Shown here piece by piece: positions 20,286-31,882 of a DNA stretch of 64,000 nucleotides; position 1 is the stretch's first letter, and every line of letters starts with the position of its first letter. The translations under genes and the position numbers were made by a program. The notes beneath the pieces were generated by a model. The model saw only the letters and a list, made by a program, of their open reading frames with translations. It was not told the DNA's origin and made no database searches. This DNA comes from an uncultured Planctomycetota bacterium (lineage in GTDB: Bacteria > Planctomycetota > Planctomycetia > Pirellulales > Lacipirellulaceae): positions 1,472,001 to 1,536,000 of the forward strand of contig CAVRBU010000002.1 of the NCBI GenBank assembly GCA_963719315.1, in the 5' to 3' direction.

Positions 20286-23260
20286 ATGAAAATCCAATTT
20301 CAGCTCATCGCGGACTTGGTGCTGGCATTTTCGGTCGCGTTGTTCGGCCAGTCCGCCGCGGCCCAACAATCGCCTGCGGAGGAACTTGCCCGCTTGCGGC
20401 CGGCTGAGAATTTCGACGTCTCTCTGTTTGCCTCCGAGCCGATGATCACCAATCCATCGGCCATCAACGTCGATTCCCGCGGTCGCGTCTGGGTTGCCGA
20501 AATCCAATGGTATCGTTCCCGCGCGAAACAGCCACCGGCCGACAAGATCAAAGTACTGGAAGATACCGATGGGGATGGAAAAGCGGACAAAGTGACCACT
20601 TTCGCGGAAGGGCTGTTCTGCCCGATGAGCGTCTGTGTGGCGGGCGACAAAGTTTATGTGGCCACCAGTCCCGACCTCTGGGTGTACGAGGATAAGAACG
20701 GCGATCTCAAGGCGGACGGCCCGCCGCGGAAGCTACTGACCGGCTTTGGCGGCGTCAATCACGACCATGGCGCCCACAGCCTGGTCCTAGGCCCCGACCA
20801 CAAATGGTGGATGAGCATTGGCGATGCCGGTTTGGATGTTACCGGCACGGATGGCTCACGGATTGCCTATCGGTGGGGCGCCATGTTGCGCGGCGAACTG
20901 GACGGCAGCCAACTGGAAATCGTGGCGTCGAATTTCCGCAATCCGTACGAGCTGTGCGTCACATCCTTCGGCGATGCGTTCGCCAGCGACAATGATAACG
21001 ACGGTAACGAAAGCACGCGGTTCTGCTGGATTCTCGACGGCGGTAACTATGGATGGTATGGTCACCCACCCGCACGGGAGTTGCCTGGTACTCCTTGGGG
21101 AGACCAATGGCATTTTCGCGGGCCGATCCCCGGCCATGTGCCGGCTTTGCTGATGACCGGTTTTGGCGCTCCCTCTGGAATGTGTTTCTATGAAGGCGAC
21201 GCCTGGGGGCCGAAGTTCAAAAACGTCGCGCTGCTCGCAGAGGCTGGCAGGCGTGAGTTGTGTCTCTTTCGCCCTCGTAAAGTGGGCACGGGAATGCAAG
21301 CCAGCCGCGAAGCAGTTCTCACATCCACCGATTTCTACTTTCGCCCCGATGACGTTTGCGCGGGCCCGGACGGCAATCTCTATCTCGCCGATTGGTACGA
21401 CGGCGGCGTGGGCGGTCACGCCTATAACAATCCTGACCAGGGCCGCATTTTCTTGTTACGTCCCAAGGGCGGTCATGCTCAGCGACACGATCGACCGGGA
21501 CCATACGACAACGCGGCCGATGCGATCGAAGGTTTGAAAAGCCCCAATTTGGCAACGCAATTTCTCGCCCGCGAGCGTCTGCTGGCAGAAGGCCAACCGA
21601 GCGTCCCAGTGGTGGCGCAGCTTCTAACGCATGCCGATCCCAACATTCGCGCCCGAGCGATGTGGGTCCTCGATCGGCTCGGCGGCGCGGGGCGAGAGCT
21701 CGTCGTCCAGCAGCTCACTAGCGACGATGCTGCGTTCCGTGCCCTGGCAATACGCATCTTGCGTCGCCACGGCGAGGAATATGGGGACTCCATTCTGCCG
21801 TTGGCCGCGGATTCGTCGAGCGAAGTCATCCGCGAAGTATTGCTGACGATTCGCGCCTCGCACGGCGCTGCGGCCGGCGCGGCATTAGTCAAGATCGCCG
21901 GCCGTTATGATGGCACCGACCGCTATTTGCTCGAGGCAATTAATATCGCGGCGGGGGATCGCAAGCAGGAGCTGTACGAACGACTCGCTGCGGAACGAGG
22001 CTTCACGCTGGCTCAGCTAAACCTCTTGCAATTGCTCAATCCCAAAGGCGCCCTTGTTCGACTTCGCGACGAACTCTTGAAGGGCCGAATTGACGATAAG
22101 ACATTTCCACCGCTACTGGCCTGCGCCAGCACGATGAATGACCCCGAGGCGGGCAAGATACTCCTGACATTTCTTGGGAGAAGCTCCGTCGCTCCCGGGC
22201 TGCGGCAGCGTGCGCTGGAAACGATCGCCAACCATCTCGATGGCGAGTGGAGCGCGCTTAGCGAGGACCAACAATTTGTGACAGCACTCCAAGCGTCCTT
22301 GGCCTACAAGGGATTGCAAGAATCGGCGTTGCAAGTTGTTGAATCGCACCATTTGCAGAGTGTCGATGAAGACGTGTTACGCCTGGCGGCAGATGTTGCG
22401 GTTCAGGATGCGCTGCGCTGTGCGGCGATCAAGACCACCGTGCAACTAGGCAAGTCAGTTACCAAGGTTGAGAAACTCCGTAAACTGCTCACGGACCATA
22501 AGCCGGCTGTTCGTGGGGCTGCGCTGACGGCGCTAGTTGTGGACATGCAGGATATGGCGACAGCCCGTGTAGTGCTGAGCGGCAAAAGTGATGCATTTGC
22601 GATCGCCTCGCGCAACGCGATCGCCGTCACGGCGCTCGATACGCCCGGCGGCGCGGACATGATGCGCCAGCTCGTCGAAGAAGGTGGGCTTCCGGAAAAA
22701 CTTCAGCAACACATCATCGCCAGGGCCATTGAACATCCGGACGCGAACGTGCGATTTCTCTTTGAGCGGTTCGTTCCTCCCAACCAGCGGCAGAAACGGC
22801 TCGGTGAGACGATCTCTGCGGCAGAAATCCTCAAACTTCCTGGTGATCCAATGCGTGGCGACGCCATTTTCCATCAGAATTCAGCTGCCCAATGCATGAC
22901 CTGTCATAAGGTCCATGGCAAAGGTGGGTCGATCGGTCCTGGATTGAGTTCCATCGGCGCCAAATACGATCGACCGCAACTTCTGGAGACCATCTTGATG
23001 CCCTCCAAGGCCATTGCGCCGGAGTACGTGTCATTCACTGTCGAAACACAAGACGGCGCGCGCTTGGAGGACTGCTCGTTGAAAAGTCGCGGGATGCGGT
23101 CGTGTTGAAAGACGTCCAAGGCCGAATCATCCGAATTCCTACGGACAACGTCGTATCGATTGTTGCGCAGCGCATTTCCATGATGCCTGAACTGGTGCTG
23201 CGTGACGTATCGGCTCAAGATGCGGCCGACTTGTTGGCTTACTTGGCAACTTTGCGATAA
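20286..23260 (+). CDS. PVC-type heme-binding CxxCH protein (dehydrogenase-like propeller + HEAT repeats + cytochrome c; frameshift near 23060)
   Basis: LFASEPMI.NP, LEDTDGDG, FRNPY, HEAT repeats, CMTCH..GP.LS; C-terminal SMMPE...DLLAYLATLR* in shifted frame. Confidence 0.88.
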
Positions 23261-23859
23261 TTCCCCCATTTCTTCCGCAAACGGGCGGTTGCGTCGTGCT
23301 CCTCAACCAGCCGGTTATGGCCAACGAATAGTTGCACTAGCAAAGTATACCCTCAACTCACACACTTCGAAACACTCGGCCCCTTTCCGTGGCACACTGG
23401 CTCGGCCGCGATCTGCTGTTGAATTGCTGCGCGAGAGTGTAAACTCTGGGCTACCGCTGTTCGTAGAGCGGCTGGCCCGGTCGCCGGGTGGCTGCTTCCA
23501 GCAACTTCCGCTAACGCACCGTCGTTCTCGCCTTAGCTGTGAAGCTGCGTCCCGACGCTTGGTTGGCGATGCACCCCGCTGGTCGCCGCCGCTGGTCGAC
23601 AAGATTCTGCGACACCGAGAAGCTATTTTTTGACGGGTACTCGGGATTTTGTTTGAAGACGTGAGATTAGACACACCGTTGCCTGAAGATTTGTCGGCAG
23701 ATCGACTTATGGCGACGAGTGCCAGCAAAGGAACGATTTCGAAACGCTGCCGTTGTCACTCTTGGTCATTTTCGGCCGCAAGAGAAATGATTTGCAACTG
23801 ACGCTTTGGGGAATGGTTACAATCAGGCGGTACGGCAATTGAATTCCAGGCCACTTCTC

Positions 23860-24132
23860 ATGAGCGACGTTACGCAAATCTTATCCGAAATCGAGCACGG
23901 CGATCCTGCCGCCGCCGAGCGGCTTTTGCCGCTCGTCTACGACGGACTTTGTAAACTGGCTTCCGTAAAACTCGGGAGCGAGATGCCCGGTCAGACGCTG
24001 CAGGCAACGGCGCTAGTGCACGAAGCCTATGTGCGGCTGATCGGGGACGAAGATCCGCGCTGGGATGGCCGGGGTCATTTTTTTGCGGCTGCCGCGGAAG
24101 CGATGCGGCGGATCCTGGTGGAAAGCGCGCGA
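23860..24132 (+). pseudogene. truncated ECF sigma factor (TIGR02999-type), region 2 only
   Basis: [44 protein letters not shown]; homology stops abruptly and no sigma4 follows. Confidence 0.8.
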
Positions 24133-24189
24133 TTAATCACGACCCAGATCGGCAGGCTAAAACACACCAAATTTAGGAAACGACTTCAA

Positions 24190-27100
24190 ATGAAGACAAA
24201 ACGAACCGCCATGACCGCCCAGTCATTCTTAAGATTCTACTCCCGCTCCCCCTTTCGTTTTCTTGTTGCGATTGTGGCGGCCGGCGGCTTGTCGCTTTCG
24301 ACCGTCGATGCAGCCTCGGTCACCGACAGTGGAGCGGTTGGCACCAACGGCGCAAACGGGACATTTGGCAACGGCGGGCCGGGAACCGATGGCACCGACG
24401 GCGGCAACGCGAATGCGAACGCCGCCACACCGGCTGATTCAAGCAACGGCGCCACTGCCAACGGCGGCGCTGGCGGCCTCGGGGGAGCTGGCGGTGTCGG
24501 TCTTGGCGCGGGTATTAACGGAGGTCCCGGCGGCAACGGGGGCAACGGCGGTATTGCGACGGCGACCGCGACCACTTCGGGTTCATTTGCAGGAACGGCC
24601 AGCGCGACCGCGACGGCCAGGGGCGGTGCAGGTGGAAACGGAGGACCGGGAGGAGGCGCGAATCCAGGTTCGCCCGGCGCGAATGGCGACGCCGGCGACG
24701 GCGGCGCGGCGACGGCGGGCGCCACGGTGACGAACTCCGGCGGCAATTCCTCGGTGAACGTCGTGATCTCGGGTGGCACTGGCGGCGATGGAGGGAACGG
24801 CTTGGGCGCGGGTGGGAACGGAGCGGGCTTCAGTCTTGGGCCGATCAGCGTAACTTCGACCGCTCTCAACGGCACCGCCACAGGCAATCTTAGCGCCTCG
24901 GGAGGCTCGGGCGGCGGCACCGGAGGCAACGGCGCCTCCGCGATTTTGACCAACGCCATCACTGGAGACAGCACCGGCGGCGGAGGCAGCGTGACGCTTA
25001 CGCAAAGCGCCTCGGGAGGAAATGCGGGCGGCGGCTCTGTGGGTGCGCCGGGTGCGGCCGGAAACGCCACAAGTTCGTTGACTCTCAACACGACTGGTCT
25101 GAGCGGATTCAACGGCCTCACTTTATCCACGACCGCGACAGCAGGTTCGGGCGGAGCACAGAACAACACTGGAGGAACCGGTAGCGTCGGCGGCAATGCC
25201 GTATCGTTCGTCAGCGGCACGAATGACCTGGGCCTGACGAAGGTCAGCGCGAGTGCCACCGGCGGCTCGGGCGGGTCGTCCTCCTTTGGCGCGAATGGCG
25301 GTTCAGCGACCGTCAATGCCACGGCCAACGCGACCGGAGCGTTGAACGTCCCGAATGTCAGTGGAATTGCCCAAGGCGGAGGCGGCGGATCCATTTCTAA
25401 TAACATCGCGACAAGCGTGGGCGGGCGGGGCGGCGATGCGATGGCAACCGGCAGCGGCAACGCCAGCGGCAATGCCAGTCCCTTCATCAGCATGCTTGCC
25501 ACCGGCGGCACCGGCGGCGGCATCGACCCCAACTTTGGCTCAGGCATCGGCAGCGGCGGCGCGGGCGGCAACGCCACGACAGGCGGTAGCGGCAGCAATG
25601 CGGGAATCAGCACCATCAGCATCGACCAAAACGCCATTGGCGGACGGGGCGGCGCTGCAAGAGGCGCGGGACAAACGGGCGGCGCGGGCGGTACCGCCAT
25701 TTCCACCGCCAGCGGCAGCTCGACCGGAGGCGGGACCGTCAACGTAACCGCACGGCAAACCGGCGGGATCGGCGGCCAGGCTGTGAACGGCGCGGTCGCA
25801 GCGAACGGCGCCAACAGTACCGCGATGAACGCCGTCAGCGGATCGAGCAACGGCACGCTGAATCTTATTCAAAGGGCGACGGGCGGCGCGGGCGGAGCCG
25901 CCTCGGGCGCGACCAGCACGGCGGGCGCAGGCGGTAATGCCAGTTCCGCTGCGACCGCGAGTAATCCCGGTGGAGGCAACTTTGGCCTCGGCACGGATGC
26001 CACGGGCGGCGCCGGCGGCCAGGGCACAAGTACCCACGCCGGAAACGGCGGTTCCGCCGTGGCGAGCGCGAACGGATCCGGCGCGACCGCCGCCCTGGTC
26101 AGCGTCACCGCGAGTTCGACCGGTGGCGCGGGCGGCGCCACTTCTACAAGCGGCAATGCCGGCGCGGGAGGCGGCGCCACGCTCGGAGCGGTGACCGCGA
26201 CAAATACCGGCGCAGGGCGCGGTGAATGTCACTGGTGTGGTGACAGGCGGCGCCGGGGGAGACAGCAGTACCAGCGGCAACACTGGAAACGGAGGCAATG
26301 GCGCGAGCGTCTCGGTCACAAACGCGGTCGACGGCAACACCAACGGTGGAGCCATATCCCTCACGCAGCGCGCCACCGGAGGCGTGGGTGGAGCTGCCAA
26401 CACGGGCACTGCCGGTGTCGGCGGCGCGGCGAGCAGTTCACTCAGCGCCAGCAAGAGCGTTGCCGGTTTGTTGACTGTCACCACTTCCGCCCAGGGCGCC
26501 AACGGCACGAGCACCACCGGCGCTTCCGGGGCCAGCAACGGCGGAGCGGGCACGTCCACCAGCTCCGCCACTAATTCCAGCGGCGCGGCCCGCGCCGTCA
26601 CAACCGCGACTGGCGGTGGAGGTGGCACCGGCGATGTCAATTCCAGCGCCGGAAATGCAGGTGACGCTACTAGCTCCGCGACCGCCCAGACCTCTGGTGA
26701 CGGACACGCGGCCACGGCCGAAGGTACTGCCACGGGGCGGCCGGGAGGCAGCGTTTACTCGACCGGTGTCGGGACTCCCGGCTTCGCCGGCATGACCACC
26801 AGCACCTCGACTGCCATCGTTCTCGGCAACAGCACCGCCACCGCCACGGACGTCGCGACAGGAGGCAATGGCGGTGATGTGAACAGCGGCCCGGGCAACG
26901 GGCGTAACGGCGGAAACTCCAATTCGACCGCCAACGCCAACGGCAATACCAGCGCCGTCAGTTCAACGGCGACGGCCACCGGAGGAAGCGGTGGATTGAA
27001 AGGCAACGGGGTCAACGACACGGGTGGCTTGGGAGGCAATGCCACGGCCATGGCCAACAGCTCCGGCTTGAGCACAGTCAATGCCACGGCCAACGCCACG

Positions 27101-28078
27101 GGTGGCATTGGACGCCAGGGCTCCGTCGGCGGAATCGCCAACGCGATGGCCAGCTCTACCATCATTACGGGAGGAACGGGAACAGCCTTCGCCCATGCGA
27201 ACGGCCGTGGCTCCGGCGGAACCTCCGGTGCCATGGCCACCACCAGCGGCGGAGCGATCACCTCGCTCAAAGCCGTCACAAGTTCTCCCGTGTTGGGACC
27301 AACACCTACCTTTCAGGCAGAATCACGCGCCAAGATCGGCGGCGCCGAGATTTCATCCTCGTCCGCATTTGGTCTGCAAGCCGCCGCCTACGCTACCGGC
27401 ACACCCACCAGCCCCGGTGGCCCCTTTGGCACGGACACTCTCGCGATTTTCGCTCAGGGCGCTTATTCGCCTCTGACGTCCGCCGCTGCAGCCACCTACA
27501 CCAGCGACATCCTGCTTTCCGTCGATCCGAGCCAGCTTCCGGGTGTGGGAGGATTGAAAATCGGCTTCTACGCGCCAGCTTCGTCGGGCAGTGGCTTCGA
27601 TTCGCTGACCTTGCAGGTGTTCAAGGAAAACACGCTGGTGATCGACCAGACGTTTGTTACATTGGTCGCCGCGAACACGTTCTTCAATGGAACCATCATC
27701 GATCTTGGCTCGAACTTCACCGGTGTCACCGGCGCACTCGACTTGAAAGTTTCTATGTCTCTCACCGCGGACACCAATGCCGACAGCTACCGTTTCAATT
27801 CCGCCTTGGGCACCGTAGCCGGAGCTCCCATTCTCTCCGGCGACTTCAATAACGACGGCGCCGTCGACGCCGCCGATTACGTAATATGGCGCGAGACCAA
27901 CAGCAGCAATTCACAGGCCTACGCCGATTGGAGGGCGAATTTCGGGGCGGGCATGGGTTCCGGTGGCGGCGCGCCGGGAGCGTCGCCCGCCCACGCCGGT
28001 GTGCCCGAACCAGCAACGTTGGTATTACTGATGCTTGCGATAGCTGGCTGGTGTGTGCGGCGATGCCGAGCCGCTTAG
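24190..28078 (+). CDS. large Gly/Ala/Thr-rich (PGRS-like) surface protein with dockerin-like repeat and PEP-CTERM (frameshift near 26220)
   Basis: Signal peptide; dozens of (A/T)GGxGG units; [26 protein letters not shown] tail; two track ORFs continue the same repeat. Confidence 0.85.
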
Positions 28079-28092
28079 AGAGTCCCAGCGAC

Positions 28093-28135
28093 TCATCAAG
28101 GCGTGAAACGCTTCATCAATCCACGGTTTAGAAAC
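28093..28135 (+). repeat. conserved ~45-bp intergenic element, copy 1
   Basis: TCATCAAGGCGTGAAACGCTTCATCAATCCACGGTTTAGAAAC; about 34/45 identical to 30849-30892 by manual alignment. Confidence 0.5.
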
Positions 28136-28305
28136 GCTGCCGGAATCTCGCAAAATCGGCTGCTCGCAGGGAGTGTTGCGGGCCGCGTGGTTCGTGGAAC
28201 GCTTGCGTCTCTAGTTAGGTGAGAGTCGTTCACAGAAAGATGCACGACGACCACGCGCTGAATCTCAACGACATCCTTAATGTCGTGTGAATCCCAACTG
28301 CGACA

Positions 28306-30468
28306 TCAGTCGAATGCCTTCGGCACGGCCGGAAAAGCGTCCTTCAACTTGGAGGGCGTCTTGCGTCCCGCACGCTGGTAATCAAACGGCACAAAACCGA
28401 TCTGCGCTGCCGGCGAGTCGGCCCGCAAATGAAAATCTCCCACTGCTGCATCGACGAAATTCGGATCTGCGACCAGCGAATGTCGATCGTGCAGAGTCTC
28501 CTGTTGCCACGTGTGGAACGACATGCCCGCCAGCGTGTTGAGCGTACCCGGCGGCTTGCGCCAGTACAGGTTGTAGTCAAGCTTCGCCCGATCGTCCCGC
28601 CATTGGCCGTCAAACAGCGGCGAGTCGTTATCCCAATACACGATGTTCCGCTCGAACGTAAACGACAGATGGTCTTCTACCCGCGTCCGCTGCAATTGCT
28701 GTTTCTCCCCAAACGCAAAAATGTTATTCGCAATGCGGTTGTTTCGTCCGTAGTGCTGATGGAATCCTCCAGTGCGCGTGCGATACACCAAGTTGTTTTC
28801 CATCACGATGCCGGTCGATCCTTCATCCGTATACAGTCCCCAACCTCCGTAGTCGAATGAACGCACATCGTGGACCCAGTTATTGGATACGACCGTGCCC
28901 GGGCTGATTCCGAGCGTATACACGCCTCCCATGTCCGAGAGCACTCCCTGACCGATCGTATGCAGGTGATTGAACGTGATTTGATTGTGGTTACTACGGC
29001 TCTCTGCATACCCCCACTGCCAACCGACCGAGATCGCGGTGTAATATAAATCGAAAATCTCGTTGTGCGTGACGACATTGTACGACGCGTGCCCCACCCA
29101 CACACCCACGGCTGCCGGATGTAGACGCCCCGCGTGCGCGATTGTCGAGTCTCGCACGGTGTTGCGCAACACCTCGTTCATGTCTGCCGGTCGGTTGGTA
29201 CCTTCTGGCCCCCACGACTGTTGGCCCCCCATCGTTCCGATCATGATCCCACCCGCGCCTAGGTCAACCAGCTCGCACTGTGTGATCGTATTGTCCTGGC
29301 AACCGCCACGCAGCGCAATGCCATAGGCTCCTAGATGCCGCAGCGTACAACCCTCAAATCGCACATGCCGCGCATCCTCCGCCTCGATGGACGCCAACAA
29401 CCGAATCTCAGCCTGAGGAATCGATTGCCCTTCTGCCGGCAGCTTCCAATGCGAGTGGGCAAACGTCAATCCGCGAAATTCGAGATATTCGACCCACTGC
29501 CGGTGCACGTCATCGGATTCGAGCTTCGCCAGCACGTCGATCTTCGGGGCGACGACCACTGTTTTTTCCGGCGTTTCGCCCGGAAACGGAATATAGGTCA
29601 GCACGCCAGTCGGTCGGTCGAGATACCATTGGCCCGGTTCCGATAGCGCTTCCTTCACGTTCTCAACGCGATAGCGTCGCCCCTCGCTGAATCCAATCCA
29701 CGGCGCAGTCCCCGCCGTCGTTCCGGTGAATTGAACGATACGCTTTCCGGAATCAATCGACTCGATCCGCATGCGCGACGCACACCATTGATGAAATCCC
29801 AGTACCTCAACATCTCGAAGGTTCGACCAGTCGGGTCGCAGGTCACCGTCGGCAAACCGGAACCGGTCAAAGCCCTTTCCACCGGCCGCAGGCGACGGCC
29901 CAAGCGATTCTGCCACGTGATAGTAACCCTCTCGCGGCAGAGTTGGTCGAAAACGGCGCTGGTCGTTGACGAACAGTTGAGAAAATTCCCAATCGCCGCT
30001 GGCAACCTTCTGTAACTTCACTCGCCATCGACCGTCTGCCCCCACCTCCCAACCATCGATCACCTTGCCGCCGCTTATAACGGGCATTTCGCTTTCATAC
30101 GCTTCATAGCGCGTCGGCGAATTCGCGCTGCCGCTGTCGGCAGCCGAAAAACGTAGCGTCGCCGTTAGTTCATACATGCCCCCGCGTAGCGCAACGACCA
30201 GCGGACGTTTCCGCTCAGGCTGCGCAGCGCGCAGCTCTCGTGCAAGTTTCTGAGCACGCTCGACAGTCGCCACCGGGCCATCACTCCTGTCGGCGTTCGG
30301 CGCCGCCACTGTTCCGCTCCACTGGTCATTTCCCAGGGGCGAAACATAAAAATCTGCTGACTTAGCAGCAGATACCGAATTCGATGCCAAGCTAATGGCA
30401 ATAATCCACACCGCAAGTAAAGCAACAAGAGTAATAACTCGCGGACAGCGCACTGTATGCTCCTTCAA
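28306..30468 (-). CDS. secreted right-handed parallel beta-helix protein (GH141-like)
   Basis: Signal peptide, [12 protein letters not shown], PbH repeats, [19 protein letters not shown]. Confidence 0.85.
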   Translation of the reverse strand: MKEHTVRCPRVITLVALLAVWIIAISLASNSVSAAKSADFYVSPLGNDQWSGTVAAPNADRSDGPVATVERAQKLARELRAAQPERKRPLVVALRGGMYELTATLRFSAADSGSANSPTRYEAYESEMPVISGGKVIDGWEVGADGRWRVKLQKVASGDWEFSQLFVNDQRRFRPTLPREGYYHVAESLGPSPAAGGKGFDRFRFADGDLRPDWSNLRDVEVLGFHQWCASRMRIESIDSGKRIVQFTGTTAGTAPWIGFSEGRRYRVENVKEALSEPGQWYLDRPTGVLTYIPFPGETPEKTVVVAPKIDVLAKLESDDVHRQWVEYLEFRGLTFAHSHWKLPAEGQSIPQAEIRLLASIEAEDARHVRFEGCTLRHLGAYGIALRGGCQDNTITQCELVDLGAGGIMIGTMGGQQSWGPEGTNRPADMNEVLRNTVRDSTIAHAGRLHPAAVGVWVGHASYNVVTHNEIFDLYYTAISVGWQWGYAESRSNHNQITFNHLHTIGQGVLSDMGGVYTLGISPGTVVSNNWVHDVRSFDYGGWGLYTDEGSTGIVMENNLVYRTRTGGFHQHYGRNNRIANNIFAFGEKQQLQRTRVEDHLSFTFERNIVYWDNDSPLFDGQWRDDRAKLDYNLYWRKPPGTLNTLAGMSFHTWQQETLHDRHSLVADPNFVDAAVGDFHLRADSPAAQIGFVPFDYQRAGRKTPSKLKDAFPAVPKAFD

Positions 30469-30737
30469 AGCGAGATTCCCGGTCTGGGTTGAACTTCAAA
30501 ACGAACTAATCTCGGAATGTCGTCCATTCTAACTTTCTTCGCCCGCGCCCCCCATGTCTAGCGCGGTCGGAATTGTCTCAGTTTGTTGCCGGCGAATCTG
30601 ATCGCAAAGCTCCCGGCGCGGGAATCTTGACCTCTCAAGCCCTTTTTCGGAGGGCCATGGCACCGTTTTTCGTGAGGTTGCGGGCCATACAGCATGGTCC
30701 AAGAACTCGTTTGCGTGAGAGATACTCCATCAACCCA

Positions 30738-30817
30738 GTACGCCGTGAAAGTCGGCGATCTCCGTTGGTGCGAATCCCACCCGGCCAATCGGTCGCTCGG
30801 CCGGAAGCAATCAGAGC
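30738..30817 (+). mobile_element. 5' fragment of a group II intron (domain I start)
   Basis: GTACGCCGTGAAAGTCGGC..GTTGGTGCGAATCCCACCCGGCC..GTCGCTCGGCCGGAAGCAATCAGAGC resembles, from recall, bacterial group II intron 5' ends (GUGYG-like start); no RT ORF or domain V. Confidence 0.45.
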
Positions 30818-30848
30818 GATGAAGGACAGGACGGCGCACGTCAACAAG

Positions 30849-30892
30849 TCATCAACGCGGTGACACTTTCAACTAACCACCGTTTTAGATAC
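30849..30892 (+). repeat. conserved ~45-bp intergenic element, copy 2
   Basis: TCATCAACGCGGTGACACTTTCAACTAACCACCGTTTTAGATAC; direct repeat of 28093-28135. Confidence 0.5.
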
Positions 30893-31219
30893 TGTCTGAT
30901 CGTGCGATCCTAAACCTCCCTGTTGGCGCTGGAGTCGTGTCCAGCTGCGCTGCCAACGAGTCCAGCACCCTGGTTATGGTCGCGAGTTGGCTCTTTTTCC
31001 GGTCGCGCTGCAAATTCGGCACAACCGTGCCAAGTCCGAGGGCGCACCAGCCGCACCCACCTCGCTTTAACGATCGACTTCCTATTCCGACAGTTCCCCC
31101 CGTCGCGGCCGCGACGTTGCCGCCAACCTACGCTTGTTCAAGCAACTCGGCCGCCGTGCCGCCGGCCGCTGCCCCTCCAACCACAAGCGGCATGGGTCAT
31201 TCGTAGCGAGGCTTCTAGC

Positions 31220-31594
31220 ATGGAAATCAAAGCACTGGTCACCGACAGCTCCAGCAAGGCGCGGAAAAACATCATCCGCTCGCTCAAGGAAATCGGCGTT
31301 CGCGACATCCTTGAAGCCACCAACGGCAACGAGGCTGTCAAGCTCATGGAAAAGGGCAAGGTCAACGTCGTGTTTGCCGAATGGAACACCCAGATCGGCC
31401 AAGGCGAAGAGTTGGTCAAATCGTTCCGTCGCACCGACGCCAAGCTGCCGGTGATTGTGACGGCCCCGCAGTCGAAGCAGCTCGATGAACTCAAGAAAAC
31501 ATACCCCACCGCTTCGAACTACCTCACGATGCCGTTTACCACGGAGCAGCTGCAGAGGACGGTCGCCCAGTGCGTCCCGTCGATCGCCGGCTAA
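31220..31594 (+). CDS. single-domain CheY-like (pseudo)receiver protein
   Basis: Receiver fold pattern KALVTDS..EATNGNEA..VVFAEWN..PVIVTA..YLTMPF. Confidence 0.85.
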   Translation: MEIKALVTDSSSKARKNIIRSLKEIGVRDILEATNGNEAVKLMEKGKVNVVFAEWNTQIGQGEELVKSFRRTDAKLPVIVTAPQSKQLDELKKTYPTASNYLTMPFTTEQLQRTVAQCVPSIAG

Positions 31595-31632
31595 GTTTCG
31601 CATCGCCGACCAACGGCTCACTGATTGCAACT

Positions 31633-31670
31633 CCGGCCACTCGCGTCTTCCGGCGCGGGTGGCCGGTTTT
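31633..31670 (+). terminator. intrinsic terminator
   Basis: CCGGCCACTCGCG...CGCGGGTGGCCGG followed by TTTT, downstream of the receiver gene. Confidence 0.65.
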
Positions 31671-31882
31671 CGTTATCCTCGCCCCACCGCTCCTACGTAG
31701 GCCCCGAAATCTCTATCCAGGGCAGGGTCGCGGCGGGTAAGCGACTGCAAGACACCAGGGCGCGACCGTCGAGCGGCTCGAATGCAAGCCTCACTTACCA
31801 CAAAGCGCAAATTTCCGCTTTGCGCTACCGGGCATCATAATTTACGTTGTTCTCGCAATCTTGAATTGCGGACGTAGCCTAA

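Noticed and set aside
24237..27279. Long Pro-rich minus-strand ORFs
   Set aside because: Antisense shadows of the Gly-rich gene (GGC read as GCC/CCG).
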